DNA of 64,000 nt from the NCBI GenBank assembly GCA_973895155.1, contig OZ316892.1, positions 3,227,223 through 3,291,222 of the forward strand, read 5' to 3'. Below the pieces are notes generated by a model that ran no database searches, was not told the origin of the DNA, and saw only the letters and a program-made list of their open reading frames with translations. Positions 22,731-34,944 of the stretch are shown here, piece by piece. Position 1 is the first letter of the stretch. Each line of letters starts with the position of its first letter. The position numbers were made by a program, and so were the translations under genes. Source of the stretch: Marsupella aquatica. Lineage: Eukaryota; Plantae; Marchantiophyta.

Positions 22731-25159
22731 TTCAATCTCAACCATTCAACTCCCTTTCTTTACTTCACATCATTGTGAATAGTCATAATTACTGATTCGC
22801 AGGTTTATGAGCGCTCGATACGTGGCCAAACAAAATGAATTGCTAATCAACATGATTGTGTTGAATCATGAGCCAGATGTACTGTACCGCACGAGGGTGA
22901 CCCTTTCCACGACTTTGTCGAGCATATAATTTCGTCACTCCAAGCCAACTTTACTCCAGAACTAAACTAGCCACCGTATGTTGCTCCAATCCTCATTCAA
23001 GCAAAGCGACCGTATGTTGCTCCAATCCTCGTTCGAGCAGAATTAGAAGTGAGCGAAGAATGTAGAAAGTGCTTCGTTCAAAATGTATGGGATCGCGAAT
23101 GTAACTACAGGCCGATACAGCTGACCCTTCTTATTATCTCATCTCATTTCAACAGATCTCTTCCCAACTTATGTGGGAATGAGAATGATAAGGGAGTTCA
23201 GGGGAATTGAATCTTGGCCAGTTTAGAAGTGTGAAGGGACGACGATGAACCTGGACAAATATGTCCAACTAGATACGGTGAGCTAAAATACTCAATGCCG
23301 CCAAACGCTCCAATTGTCTGCTTACAATCCAATTTGGGAGAACTCTTGCTGGCCATGCGATTTTCTTTTCCATTTGTCATTGACAGTTTGATCCTGCTAC
23401 GAGGGATTCCAAAGGGGAGGCAGGCAAAAGGAGAGGCGGCTCGACACCGTTCGCCTCAGGCACCAGTTGTTGGGCGGGCAGAGTTCGTTGCACAAAGGAA
23501 CCCAGAGAGAGTTACCTAGTAAAAACATGTATGTCTTTTGGCCTCCCTTTCCTTAAGTATGGGTTATAGCGTGGACCACATGTTGACCCGTAAAACATAC
23601 AGATGCATTGGGGAGCCTGAAACCCATAATTGGGTGGGACCTGCCCATAAAGAGACGTGAAGGGCTCTTCTGTTTTGGACTCTGGCAGAAACACAACCCC
23701 ACAAGTTTAAAAGACAAAATTGGATCCTGAGGTAAATAATTCAGCTAGAGCACATTCTGTAGGGTTAAACCAACACTCAAGTGTGTGCATTAAGCTAGTG
23801 TAATGGCCACTCGACCATATAAAATTGATTGTGGGGTAAACAATGTACAGGGTGTACGCCCAGTCTCTTTCCTCCCATCCAAATCCAACCGAGAGAACTG
23901 AAAAACAAACCATGCGTGAAAGAAAGAGATAAGTATTTGAATTTAAAAACAAAAGAGCATTCGCTGCTCTAATTACCTTAGGAGACGAGGCATGATGGAG
24001 ACTAACACATATGTGTACGGGCCCAGGAAACAGGGGATTCTGAATGTAAGAGAAGGTTTGTAACCCATAACAATCAATGCACATGCTGGAGAGCAAGGGC
24101 CCAGGATACGGAGGATTGTTACTGTAAGACAAGTATCATAACCCATAACAAGGATAAATTTGAGACACAGGTTCAAGTAGAATAGGCTTTCCCCACCCTC
24201 TTTGAGGCCCTCTCCTCCCAAATTTGGCTGTCTATGGACTCCAGCTCTTTTCTTGGTGTGGCTGGTTCCATTGAAGATTGTCCCCCATTTTGTGGGCTTC
24301 CTTGTTAGCTACTGATCTTATACCTTAGCCCAGATTAAGACACACCTCCTCAACTTGAACTATGTCATTATGATAATCGCAAACGGACAGCAGATAGCAC
24401 AGATTAAAAATTGACGGAGAATATAATTAAATAGGCAAGATTTAGACAGAGGGATGCACCTCGTTCCTTCACAGCGGACTAGACATTACTGTGAAACCTT
24501 TAGAATCAGCATGAGCTTTGGATTGCCTCGATGAATACTTCATAGGTGACACAATTCACTGTTTTAGGCAATCCACATTTCGACTCCCAAAAATTGAAAG
24601 CAAATTGAGCTCCAATTGTGATATAAGACTGCGCTAAGGCAGCAACCATTTTAAGAAAATCAGGGAGGGAGGTCGCTAGTGAAACAGAGTTTGTCAAGTT
24701 GGAATTGCACAAGATCCAACAACGGACAGTCAGAAGTACACCAGAAGTGATAGACTGCACGAGTGATAACTTAACCCTGATCACGATAAACAGCTAGCAA
24801 GAATAGTAACTTCGTGAACTCTTCACATCCTATTATCAGGGACCTTGGTGTGCCCCTGAAATCACCCGACAACAGAGGTTTTTTTTCCCTATCTGACTGT
24901 CACCATTAAACACAGTCGAGTCCAAAAGAACTCCAAACTTTCTAATTGTGCACTAATGACCTAAATCTTGATCTAAGAGAAGATATTCAAGAGGAAGAGT
25001 TCCCTTCACTTATTTTCCCATCCACTAAGTGACATAATCTTCTGAATTGCTAAATACCGAATTCGCTGGTCTACAAATAATACGAGTTGGTAGCTCTAAG
25101 AATAGGACTGGGAACAAAATTTAAAAACATATTCTACTGGCATGCATCTGCATTCCAGT

Positions 25160-26277
25160 TCACTTGATTAATCTCATGACACGGAAACCATGGGCACTAC
25201 TCCTGGCCTCTGCAAGTGCCAACTCTAGTTGTGAACATACAGCCTTGAGTGTTGCATACCTTGCTTCCAGATACAGCTCATCAGTTTCTCCCTGCTGTGC
25301 ATCTATCTTGGTGGCAGAACGCTTAATTAAACTCAGTCGTGCTGGTCTTGTACTAAGTTTTAAAAGAAAAGTGGGCACAGATTGATTTCTTAGGCTCCTA
25401 CTGGCCACCTGTAAGAACAATATCAGGGCACAGTCAAGACTCAGTCAGTCTTTCAAGTATTTAAAGGATCCACTCATTCAATCATACCTTCAATACATCT
25501 CCAGAAAAACTACCACAAAAGTAGTTTCTGTGCTCTGTTCAGAGCCCAACGCCTCAAGTAGGCTTCCGAGCAGAGTCTTAATTGCGGGTACCGATAAGAA
25601 ACAAGTTTAAACCAATTGAGCAAATAATACAAAACATACCAAAACACTCCTCTAGTCACATGATAAAAATGCAATGAAATGTGAACTTGCCTGCAAATCA
25701 AGCCGCCAGTCGAAGCCTTGGTATGTAGGTAATTGCAGTATCGTTACTGAGATGACTTCCCTTATCTCTGCTACGTGTTCAACAAACGAATCTGCCAAAG
25801 CCTGTCTCAAGTTCTCTCCAAAACCCTGAATTGACAGAAAGTCGACCAATTGCTGGTGGGAAAGATTGCCTCGTGCTGCCCTAGAATATAAGCTGGAAAT
25901 CGTCGATACTGCCTGAGCTACTGCCTCCACAGTTGTTTGTAGGTGCCTTGCTGCCTTGGCAAATCCCTTTGTACCCGCCTCTCCTTTCAAGATTGCAACT
26001 ACTGCTACCTTCGCAAATTCATGCACCACTACAAGGACAATAAACCTATTTCTGTTAGTTCACGATGCTTTTCAGAGCAGGAGAAAATACACATAAATTT
26101 GCAATAAGGGTTTACATTCAATCATGCACCATTATCTCTGGCAACGGATAACAGAGGGTGGAGACTAAGATGAACTGCTATGTACAAAGATACCAACTGA
26201 TGGTAAGACGTACCCGAAGCAGGGATGGCAGACAGCAGTGGAGGAGGAGGCTGTACAGCGGCGCGTTTGGAAGCCAT
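25160..26277 (-). CDS. COMMD2: COMM domain-containing protein 2 (Commander/CCC complex), 3 exons, 216 aa
   Basis: Exons are 26277-26214, 26028-25691 and 25408-25160, with consistent phases. The product MASKR..PASVVHEFAKVAV..AARHL..LPTYQGFDWRLDLQ|VASRSLRNQ..QLELALAE..HGFRVMRLIK matches recalled COMMD2 motifs (VVAEF, LPSYHNLEWRLDVQLASRSLRQQ, QLEQALEE..H.RR.VRNIK). Intron 2 is GC-AG. Confidence 0.9.
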
Positions 26278-27345
26278 TCTTGTCGTAGCAGTGTTGTCGC
26301 CCGGCGAAAGGAGAGCCCTTGCAAGGATGGAGACCACAAGGTAGGTTGTCTGGTCGAGAAGAGTAGAAGCCAGACATGATCACTCACGATTGCCCAGTTC
26401 AGAAGTGTCGTACCTCAACAACGCACTTCCTCGTCTGCATCCATTCGTCACTAAATCACTACTCACGAAAGTGGCAGCAATCTGACTACTTAATCACTTG
26501 CCTATTTTCTAGGGTTCTCATCAAGAATTGGAATCAAGTTCACAATCTTCGAAAGTGCAGCCATTTATTGACAATTCAGTAGTTCCCTTTGCCGTTGATC
26601 ATTACGATGCTGCCTGGCCAGTTCGTAAACTCAGTCATCACCTTACCAAATCATATGAGGGCTAAATAAGCAGTAATGGTCACATGCTATGACCGAACAC
26701 CGACCAATAGTGATTCGTGCAAAACCGAAAGCACTCCCACGTCCTACTCCAGGTGCACATCCGATGAATCATTGCTCTCATCAAGTGCGTGCAGTCCAGA
26801 TTTTCGTGTAGTGAGAGAAATACTCCATTCCATTGCGTGTCTTTAGGTTGGAGCTAAACTCACCTCATGGTCAAGTAGAGATACCAATTGTTGCTCGAGA
26901 GAAAAGACAGGAGAATGGGAAAACGAAGAAGCATAATTTCTGTCCAGCTACTACCGCAATATCCACAATCCCTTCGAGGAATGAATTGCTACTTACCTGA
27001 AACAGAGTCATCAATCCGAGCTGTACAGTGCAGCTCCTTGCCAAAATCCACATTCGCTTCCGTTTGTTTCTCGCTGCTCTGTTGGTGGTTCCCTGCCCTC
27101 GCACAGCATTCAGGGATTTGTGTCATTTTTCCATAACTATCGTTCTCTCTGGAATTCTGCGAGACGGCAAATGCACAGTCGTCCCTCTCTCTAAGGGCAT
27201 ACTCCATCAGTGAAAACCCTGGGTAACTGCAAGGCCCTCCGTTCATACCTTTATTTCGTGGGAGTTTGCACGTTTTCTGCAAACAAGCCTTAACTAAACC
27301 ACAAGTGAATAAGTGCAAAACCTCGATAATTGTTCATGAACACTT

Positions 27346-27467
27346 TTTTTAAAAGAGGAAATATGTGAAACCCACATAAAGGGACCATTATGACACAACA
27401 TTTGAACCAAAGACCCAAGTGAGCTATCTACCCAAGTGAGCTACCAGATAGCCATGCCTCTGTGGGC
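27346..27467 (-). mobile_element. Short tRNA-like SINE insertion with 16-bp TSD
   Basis: TTGTTCATGAACACTT is at 27330-27345 and 27468-27483. The minus strand has an A-box-like TAGCTCACTTGGGTAG, a B-box-like GGTTCAAAT and an A-rich tail. Confidence 0.72.
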
Positions 27468-27870
27468 TTGTTCATGAACACTTATTAGATAGAGCAACTG
27501 GGAGCGCAACAGGTCCATCAGCGTGCATGACAATTTTCTGTAGAGTAAGAATTGCACTTAGGGGGTATGCGATCACATTGAGGGCATGGATGGACAATTT
27601 GGGGTGTGAGTCACCAGAATTTTCAAAGAGTCACTAAACTCTAAACCATACACTTGTATTGATAGATGCACAATTTCATGGTTATGCAATTATCACACAG
27701 TGCAAACCCGTCACGAGATGCGTCTTCCCAGATGTGTGCACTTAGAGAGAGACGACTATCCATGGGCTAGCAGAGAAGAATACCCTGACCCAAGGGGATG
27801 GTAAACGGCAAGAGGGTAGATGGGAGGGTAGAGGGGTACTGACTAAGTATACATTTGGTACACTAGCATA

Positions 27871-27922
27871 AGTAAATCTCACCAGGAATCAACACAAGTA
27901 AATCTCACCAGGAATCAACACA
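27871..27922. repeat. 26-bp perfect tandem duplication
   Basis: agtaaatctcaccaggaatcaacaca twice. Confidence 0.85.
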
Positions 27923-28899
27923 GGTGTCAAAGCTGTTTACATTTTCCAAACTTGTTAACATATATATTTGGGGACTTCTTAAACCATGGCTTGCCCTATG
28001 AGAGCTACGAGTTCCTCATTATAAAGTGGACAAGTTCAATTTCACCAGGAATGGGCTCGGGCTCCACATTTTATGGCAAGTGCTCCACCTTTTATGGTGA
28101 GTACATTGTTCACCACAGGACTGAATCGAGTATGGAGGCATGGATTGATTTTTAATATGGGCTGGTGTGATTTACAGCATTCCTCTAAGTTTTTGTTGCA
28201 ATGAGGGTGGCTTTACAAGGAGTCAGTGGCCCATTGATTCTTTTTATAAAGGATTAAATTGGGACTAGGTAATGAGTGGAACAACTGCTGCACTTATCTT
28301 TACAAGAACTCCAGGAGCCCCTTCAATTATGGTGTCTACCTATCTAACATGACTAGCAGTTGACCCAAGTGAATGCTTATGTGATGTGCTTATATTCTCC
28401 AGTTTTGACCAGCAGAGGTGGTCCAAACATTTCCAAGAGTTGGTTCCTCCATTCAATTTACAAATCTTCATTTCTAATTTATTTTTTCCTGAGTTTTGAC
28501 CAGAAGTGGCCCTCCAGTTTTGTTTTGAAAAGTTGCCCTGGGGTTATTTGACATAATGTTCTGGGCATCTGTGTCTCCAGGTAGATCTGTGAATTAGCTG
28601 GGAATATCTTGGCACTTAGAGCATCTCCAATAGTGTACTCTACTTCCTTACTGTATATATGAAACACGGCTCAATGAGTTGCCTCTTTTGTGCATACCAT
28701 ATATAGCAAGGGTGAGATGCCATAATGCAAGCCCAATGGTTACTATGTTTCTTAATACCTCCTGCAATGGGATACTAAAAGTGAGAAAATCCCTAATTGG
28801 ATCCCAAGCACCCTAAATCCTCCCAGAACAACAATGCTCCTAAAAAAACATCGCGGACAAGCCTGCCTTCATGTCTTACCTGGGGCAATGCCTTGTTAG

Positions 28900-31770
28900 A
28901 TATATATCAACCTGCCAAAAAGCAGGGGGCGCTGAACCGTGACACATGATCCCACAGGCCAAAAACCCAATCAGGGAGAACAAGAAAAAGGCCAAAAGAA
29001 CCAGGCACAAGCCCAGCACAAGGAAAACAAAAGACACACTAACCTAAAGTCTACCTAGCGGCAAATTGAAGAACCTAGTAAAGCTGAGGTGTCAACTGCA
29101 TAGGAGGGTCACGCAAGGGAATCCGACTAGATGCCCGGACTCCAACCACCTCTCCTCTACGAAGGATAGTGAAGGTTTGTGCCCCCTGAAGCGCAATAGA
29201 CACCCGCTGTATAAAAAAGGCCATGATAACAGAGATGAGGGGATAAGACCATCGCTTGTAATGTTGTACATTAGTTAGAAATGATGGAAATTTTATAAAT
29301 TTTAAACTTTTTCTAACTCAAAGGTGCAATCTAGTTACCTTTTGTAGCAGTTTAGGTCAACTGAACACTTTACCTAATGTTATGCTTCATCGGAGGCTAT
29401 TGTATTGGACAAGGATCGCCAATATAAATCCTTGCTCTTTACATGCTACCAAGAAAGAAGACTGGACATCATTGGAGAAGCAATGCAGACTAGAAGATTC
29501 AAGAACCGGCTCTCCAAAACACTTCTTCAACAAGAATTATCACAATCAACCGATCTTTGCTATTTTAATTAAATAGCTATCATGGTCATAAAAGTCTCAT
29601 ACTTTTTCAGGAGTTAGTAGTTACATAGTAGAATCATCCCTGAAAGTTTCAGTTCAAACCGACATGTGGTTTGAAAGTTAGAATTAATTTAGTTTTGCTG
29701 TTTTTCGCATAGCCGCGACTTCGCCGACGCTTTCAAAAGCGTCCTTTGTATTTTTGGACGCTTTCTGAAGCGTCCACCCAAGACCACGACGCTTTCTGAA
29801 GCGTCCGCCACCCAACCAGCTGTACTCTGACGCTCTGCAATCCACATGAGGAGCGACGCCCACAGAAACGTCTGCTACCCCGAAGGCAACATCGACTGCG
29901 ACGCCCACGGAAGCGTCCCACCCGAAGACCAGAAGACGGACGCTGCGACCAAACCTCGAAATTCAGCCGACGCTTTCTGAAGCGTCCATAAAAGTCCTTT
30001 GTAGTTTTGGACGCTTTTTGAAGCGTCCACTATGTTCCCGACACTTAGAAAAATTTTCAGTTTTCGCACTTTTATAACACCGCGTCGCTTTTACCGATTT
30101 ATTTGAGGCACTTAGAGATCTCAGAAAAGTCTGAAACTTTGTCAGCATAGAGATTATATGTAGTAGAGTACTCTAGAAAAGTTTCAATTCATTCCGACTC
30201 TTAGTTTAGAAGTTAAAATTAGATTAAGATCACTATTTATTAGTTTTACCGGAAAACACCGACGCTTTGCAAAGCGTCCGCTCAAACCTCGACGCTTTGA
30301 GAAGCGTCCCCTGCATTTTTGACACTTTCAGCAGTGTCCATTCACTTTTCAAGGATGACCGTCATTAAGTTTATTCAAGACCCTTTAGAAATGAAAGGGC
30401 ATGTCCTTTCAGTCTCTCAGTCTCCTTGCGTTCCTGCTAGCCTATATGAGGTAGAATTTGTGTCATTTTCAAGTATGAAGAAATAAAGTAGTGCCTGTGG
30501 CATGTGCTGCAGGACTGGAATCACCTTTGCTTGCAAATGCAAAAGGAATTCTTCTCCCTTCCTTGGTCTGAATGATTGAGAGTTTAGATCATTGAAGTAA
30601 AATTACTTGTATGAGATTGAATCTCAGAAGTATGGGGGAATAGATTTCTTAAGTGGTGACAACCCATCTTCTTGAGTTCTTGATGCATAGTTTTTGGCGT
30701 GACATTGCTTGTGCATGGGATGCAAAGATTGTTACTCACCAATTACCTGTGACTTCAATTTGATCATGATGGTGTTTATTATTCGTGACTCAGAGTACCG
30801 ACTGGATATCGAAGTGATTGATTACTAGTTTCTTCTGAGTACCTTTGGAAGGAAAGGTTGAGACGTGTTGACGGCATTTTAGTAATCATCCTAGTACAGT
30901 AATCCCTTCCAGAAATGTTCTTACGGATTTATCACCCAAATCACATCAAATGAAGTATTGATGAGAAGTTACCTTGGTGTTTTCCAGACTCCCTCATCAT
31001 ACCTCAAGATTTCATTGTGTTTTGTTATTTGTTTCCATTTTATTAATTGCATTTACAATGTTAAGCAAACATTCAAATCTATGTCTTGCTGAGCAATCAT
31101 AGTAAAAGGCTTAAACCTGTGTTTTTGTTACGTTAGTCATTCATAAGTGTTAAATGATAGAAAATCATTCCTTTCTTGTTCTTCCATGGGATCGAATACC
31201 GAGTTTTGGGCATTAAATGCTGATTTATGTCTTTAGTGCAAAACTACATCGCTCAACATAATGAATCGCACAAGAATGCAAGAAATGGTCAAAAGTCGGG
31301 TGCAGCACTCCAAAGACGTCCACAACAAACGAGTAAAAAAGATCCCTTGGGTAACGTGTAGCATAAGCCCCCTCTTTAAGGCAAGCAACAGCCCCTCACT
31401 GTAGCATGGCCCTAGCTATGGGCAACAGACCCCACAATGACTCCACTCATGGGGTCAGCAACAACCACATCCCTAGGGCACGAACACCAGCACGAGAGAA
31501 AACCAAACGTGCACGATGTATGTCTGGAACTCCATCCCAGGGTGGCAACACATGTCGTTGCTCCTTCATAACATGATACGGTCTGGAATCACAACAAACG
31601 GTTACCACCACATCCCGTATGTCATCATGTGTCACCGTCCGCTCACCCATGACCACATCAAAGGATATGGACTCCCGTCCTATCCACGGGCGCCCCATAG
31701 ACGCATGTGGGTTGGCCTAAGAGGCACGGGTGGGGAAGACCAAGTTGGAGGCACATGGAACTGGTGAAGA
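28900..31770 (-). mobile_element. 5'-truncated non-LTR retrotransposon with zinc knuckle and restriction-like endonuclease (CRE/NeSL-like), interrupted by a solo LTR
   Basis: The minus strand at 31770-31254 reads LGLPHP..CVYG.PVD.TGVHIL*CGHG/ERTVTHDDIRD..EQRHVLP..RARLVFSRAG/DVVVADP..KEGAY..YPRDLFYSFVVDVFGVLHPTFDHFLHSCA. It resumes below 29256 as WSYPLISVIMAFFIQRVSIALQGAQTFTILRR. The 3' boundary is approximate. Confidence 0.8.
29257..31248. mobile_element. Solo LTR (1992 bp), probably Ty3/Gypsy Athila-like
   Basis: It begins TGTAATGTTGTAC and ends GTGCAAAACTACA (TG...CA, imperfect inverted ends), with a 5-bp TSD TCGCT at 29252-29256 and 31249-31253. There is no coding sequence, and it carries internal palindromic gacgctt....aagcgtc repeats. 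Removing it restores the reading frame of the host element. Confidence 0.88.
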
Positions 31771-31789
31771 CAAAGAACTCATATTGTAT

Positions 31790-34166
31790 TCTATTCTGCA
31801 GGTTCATAACAAAAGACAGGATGGACATGGCAAGTTATAGTTGTGGAATATATTTCTCCAAATTATAGTATTTACGCTTTAGAGGCACTTTACAACTGGA
31901 AACATGGTTTCCTTTCCTTCGAGATTCAAGATGAATGTTGCTCTTTCAAGGAGGTTGGTTTCCGTCCACAGATGATTGATTTGTTGGTTGCTTATGTTAT
32001 ATATCAGGCTAAGCCTGAAGGAAGTGCCTCCTGATAAACTCCTTGAGATCTCTTTCAAAATGGCTACGAACTTGGATCGTGTCTAGGGTAAGAATTGAAA
32101 CAGGCGATGCTTAATAGACAAATCACTCTTAAGTCTCTGAGAGAGAAAATGACAATGGTTCAAATTGCTTTAGAGTTGAATCCTTAGGATATTGATCTTC
32201 AGGTCAATTTGACGGATTGTACTAAGCAATTGAAACTGTTTGAGGCGGGTAAACTATGATGGATTTAGAATGTTATGCGGATGAATTGGATTCAACATGG
32301 GGATACTTGCTCTAGTTTACCATTTGACTCATTCAAATCTTGGTCAGTTGATTTGGAGGTGAAGGGCCTGTATGATGATAATGGATCAGTTCAACACGAT
32401 TGGGATGCACTGGATAATATTGCTACCAAATTTTTATTCTGATTTTCTTTCCTCAAAATATTGTCCTTCGGAAGTGGAGTTGAATCTTGTCCGGGATAAG
32501 GTACAGCAGTCAATTTCTCAAGAGGATGAATGTTTCTTGGAGGCGGAATTATCACTATCTGAAATTCATGCAGCCACAAAAGCTTTGGGACAACATAAAG
32601 CCCCTGGTCATGACGGTATTCCGGCTGAGTTCTTTCTGGCTTTCTGGGATCAGATAGGTCCTCCGTTGTTGAAAGCTCTCAAGTTTGGGATTGAGAAAGG
32701 AAGCTTTCGCCCTAATTTTTGAAAGGCATCATTGTGTTACTTAAGAAGAAGGGCGATGAACTTAAGATTGAGAATAAAAGGCCTATCTCGCTCTTGATGG
32801 TTAGTTATAAGGTGATGACCAAATCCTTTCAGCTACGTCTGGTTACTGTTCTAATGAAGGTTATCTCTGAGGTTGGATAAGGTTGGATAAGGTTGGAATT
32901 GAGCTGAAGGTTGAGATTCTGATTTGGGAGTGTCAAGCCTTTTTCACTGGGCAGATGGGAATGATTTCTTTGGTGTCTCGACTGGGGTCTCAATGGCTAG
33001 TATTCATAAGTTGCTGTGGAAAAGTTGTCCAGGGCAGGTGGCTGGGATCAGCAAATGGAGATTGGATGTCCATTCTGCTCCCCCGGATCGCATTATCTGG
33101 GGTAACGTTTGGAAACCTTATAGAGAAGAAAAGATCAGCCACTTCCTTTGGCAATTAACTCATCGGCTGAATGCTACATGTCATTACATTGGTAGAAGAA
33201 CTGTCCGTCGTCTTGATGATGATCCTATCATACCATTTGTTCGGAATCCTGGTCTTTGGTGGTACCTTGGTGTGACTTGTCTACATAGAGTATTGTCTGC
33301 ATTGTCAGTGGGAGTGTCCAGTGTCTGAGCAAATCTGGGACTGGTGTGTTCTTGTTATGCAACGTGCCTTAAGGGTTGGTAGTATGCCTTTACAGTGTGA
33401 TGCTGTACATGCTTTTTGGTGCTCCATTTATCAGATGGAACAGGATTCCGTTGAAGTTATGGCATACGGTGAGAGGTATTGTCAATTGGCACTTTTGGAA
33501 GGCTTGGTGTTCTCTGGAGAAGGAGCAGGTTTGTATCTCAGAATTTGGAATCAAGACCAAGATTTGGTTAGAGATTTGACTCTGTCTGAAGCTCGCTTGG
33601 AAGAATTGATCCTCTGTTCTGGTGCAGCAGGGAAGTGACAGATGGCTGGACTTGGTTGGAAAAATGGTTCGTGACTATGGTCGTAATGGAGGTCTTTTGT
33701 CTCTTATGGATGGCATTTTTTTCTGGTGGAGCTTCACCCTCTCTGGGCCTTTGGTCCTCCTTGAACAGTTTTTGTGGGGTATCCTTGGTTCACATTTACT
33801 TGTTTAGGTGATCCTTGGTTGTTAGTTGTAGTCCCCTGTCTTGTTGCAATTGTTTAATCTGTTCGTAGATTATTTGCTGGATGACACATGTTCAGATCTT
33901 CATGGATCTCTTCCTGTTTTCTAGTCTGAGTGGGACCTCACTCTTGCCATAGTTGCTTAGTTGCTTTTCCTTTTGGTGTGAGACGTGTTGTCTCCTGGCA
34001 CCTGTAGTTACTGTTATTTCCTATTCCCTATTGACTAAATGCATTTGGTCTTTGTGTGGTTTTTGGCCTTTGACTTTTCTTGGTCTGGCTGGTGACTCCC
34101 TGTTTTTTATTGGGTTTTATTTTTCATATACGTAAAGTATTCCTTTCAAAAAACAAAACAAAACAA
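31790..34166 (+). mobile_element. Degraded L1/Tx1-clade LINE (RT N-terminal part, internal deletion, zf-RVT region, A-rich tail)
   Basis: It reads WIQHGD, then KAPGHDGIPAEFFLAFWDQIGP..KGIIVLLKKKGD..ENKRPISLL..YKVMTK. It then jumps to WGNVWKPYREEKISHFLWQLTHRLNAT. A T-rich 3' region ends in caaaaaacaaaacaaaacaa at ~34147-34166. Confidence 0.88.
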
Positions 34167-34592
34167 TTGGATGCAACAGCTTGCATGTTTTCCTTGCTTC
34201 TTTCTATCTCCACTCTAGATCTACTGTATGGTCCTTGGATAAAATTCACTTCCCAAATGAGAGGAGGCCACTTGGCGTAAAAGTTTACCAACCATAGTTA
34301 GACTGAAATATATATAACAAAAAACAAAAGGAGCCCAACAAGGAGACATGATTGAGCCTAATTCAAGGGGGCAACAAAAAAAGCCAGGAAATGGGTCCCT
34401 AGCTTATCTGTTTGTGTGTCATGTCCTCTGAGTTGTTTTCTAGACTACCTTCGGAGGTGGTCTAAAAATCTGATCCAAAGGACATCCTAGTTTCCAGCTG
34501 ACAAAATCACGTGTCATGATTGTTATTCTTCTGACATTGATTTTAGTCATTCCTAGTGGTAGATTTCTCCTGTATGTTTTGGCTTGAATGTC

Positions 34593-34944
34593 GGGTGGAT
34601 TGCTATGGGAAAACTGTAGCAAAAGTGTGTCCACTTGCTTGTAAAGTGCCCCTCACTACTATACCCCAACATACCTTTTGAGAAGTTGAGGCCCCTTATC
34701 AGTCACTAGCGAGTGAAACCAAGTACAGTAAATCCTCCCCTCCTCACACGGCCACTTTCCAATTGGGGGGTGGATTGCTATGGGAAGGGGTCGCACAAGT
34801 TTCCCACTTTATTGTAAAGTTCCACTTAGTACTTTACCCCATCATATCAATTGAGAAGTTGAGGCCCTTTATTAGGTCAATAACGGGTGAAGCCAAGTAC
34901 AGTTAATCCTCTCCTCCCCACATGGGCACTTTCCAATTGGGAGG
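34593..34944. repeat. ~175-bp tandem duplication
   Basis: gggtggattgctatggga...gagaagttgaggccc...ccaagtacag...cactttccaattggg twice. Confidence 0.85.

Noticed and set aside
22057-22745. Gly/Arg/Pro-rich ORFs
   Set aside because: They are artefacts of the G-rich repeat element, which lacks stop codons by composition.
23198-24330. Possible minus-strand exons with a repeated YGL..SY..NP..PGP peptide
   Set aside because: I could not assemble a consistent spliced frame, and it is better explained by a degenerate DNA repeat.
26989-27000. ACTTACCTG resembling the U1 snRNA 5' end
   Set aside because: The downstream sequence does not match U1. It is simply a minus-strand splice-donor consensus.
29720-30310. 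Spaced palindromic repeats resembling a CRISPR array
   Set aside because: Spacing is irregular, the units are degenerate, there are no cas genes, and they lie within a eukaryotic LTR.
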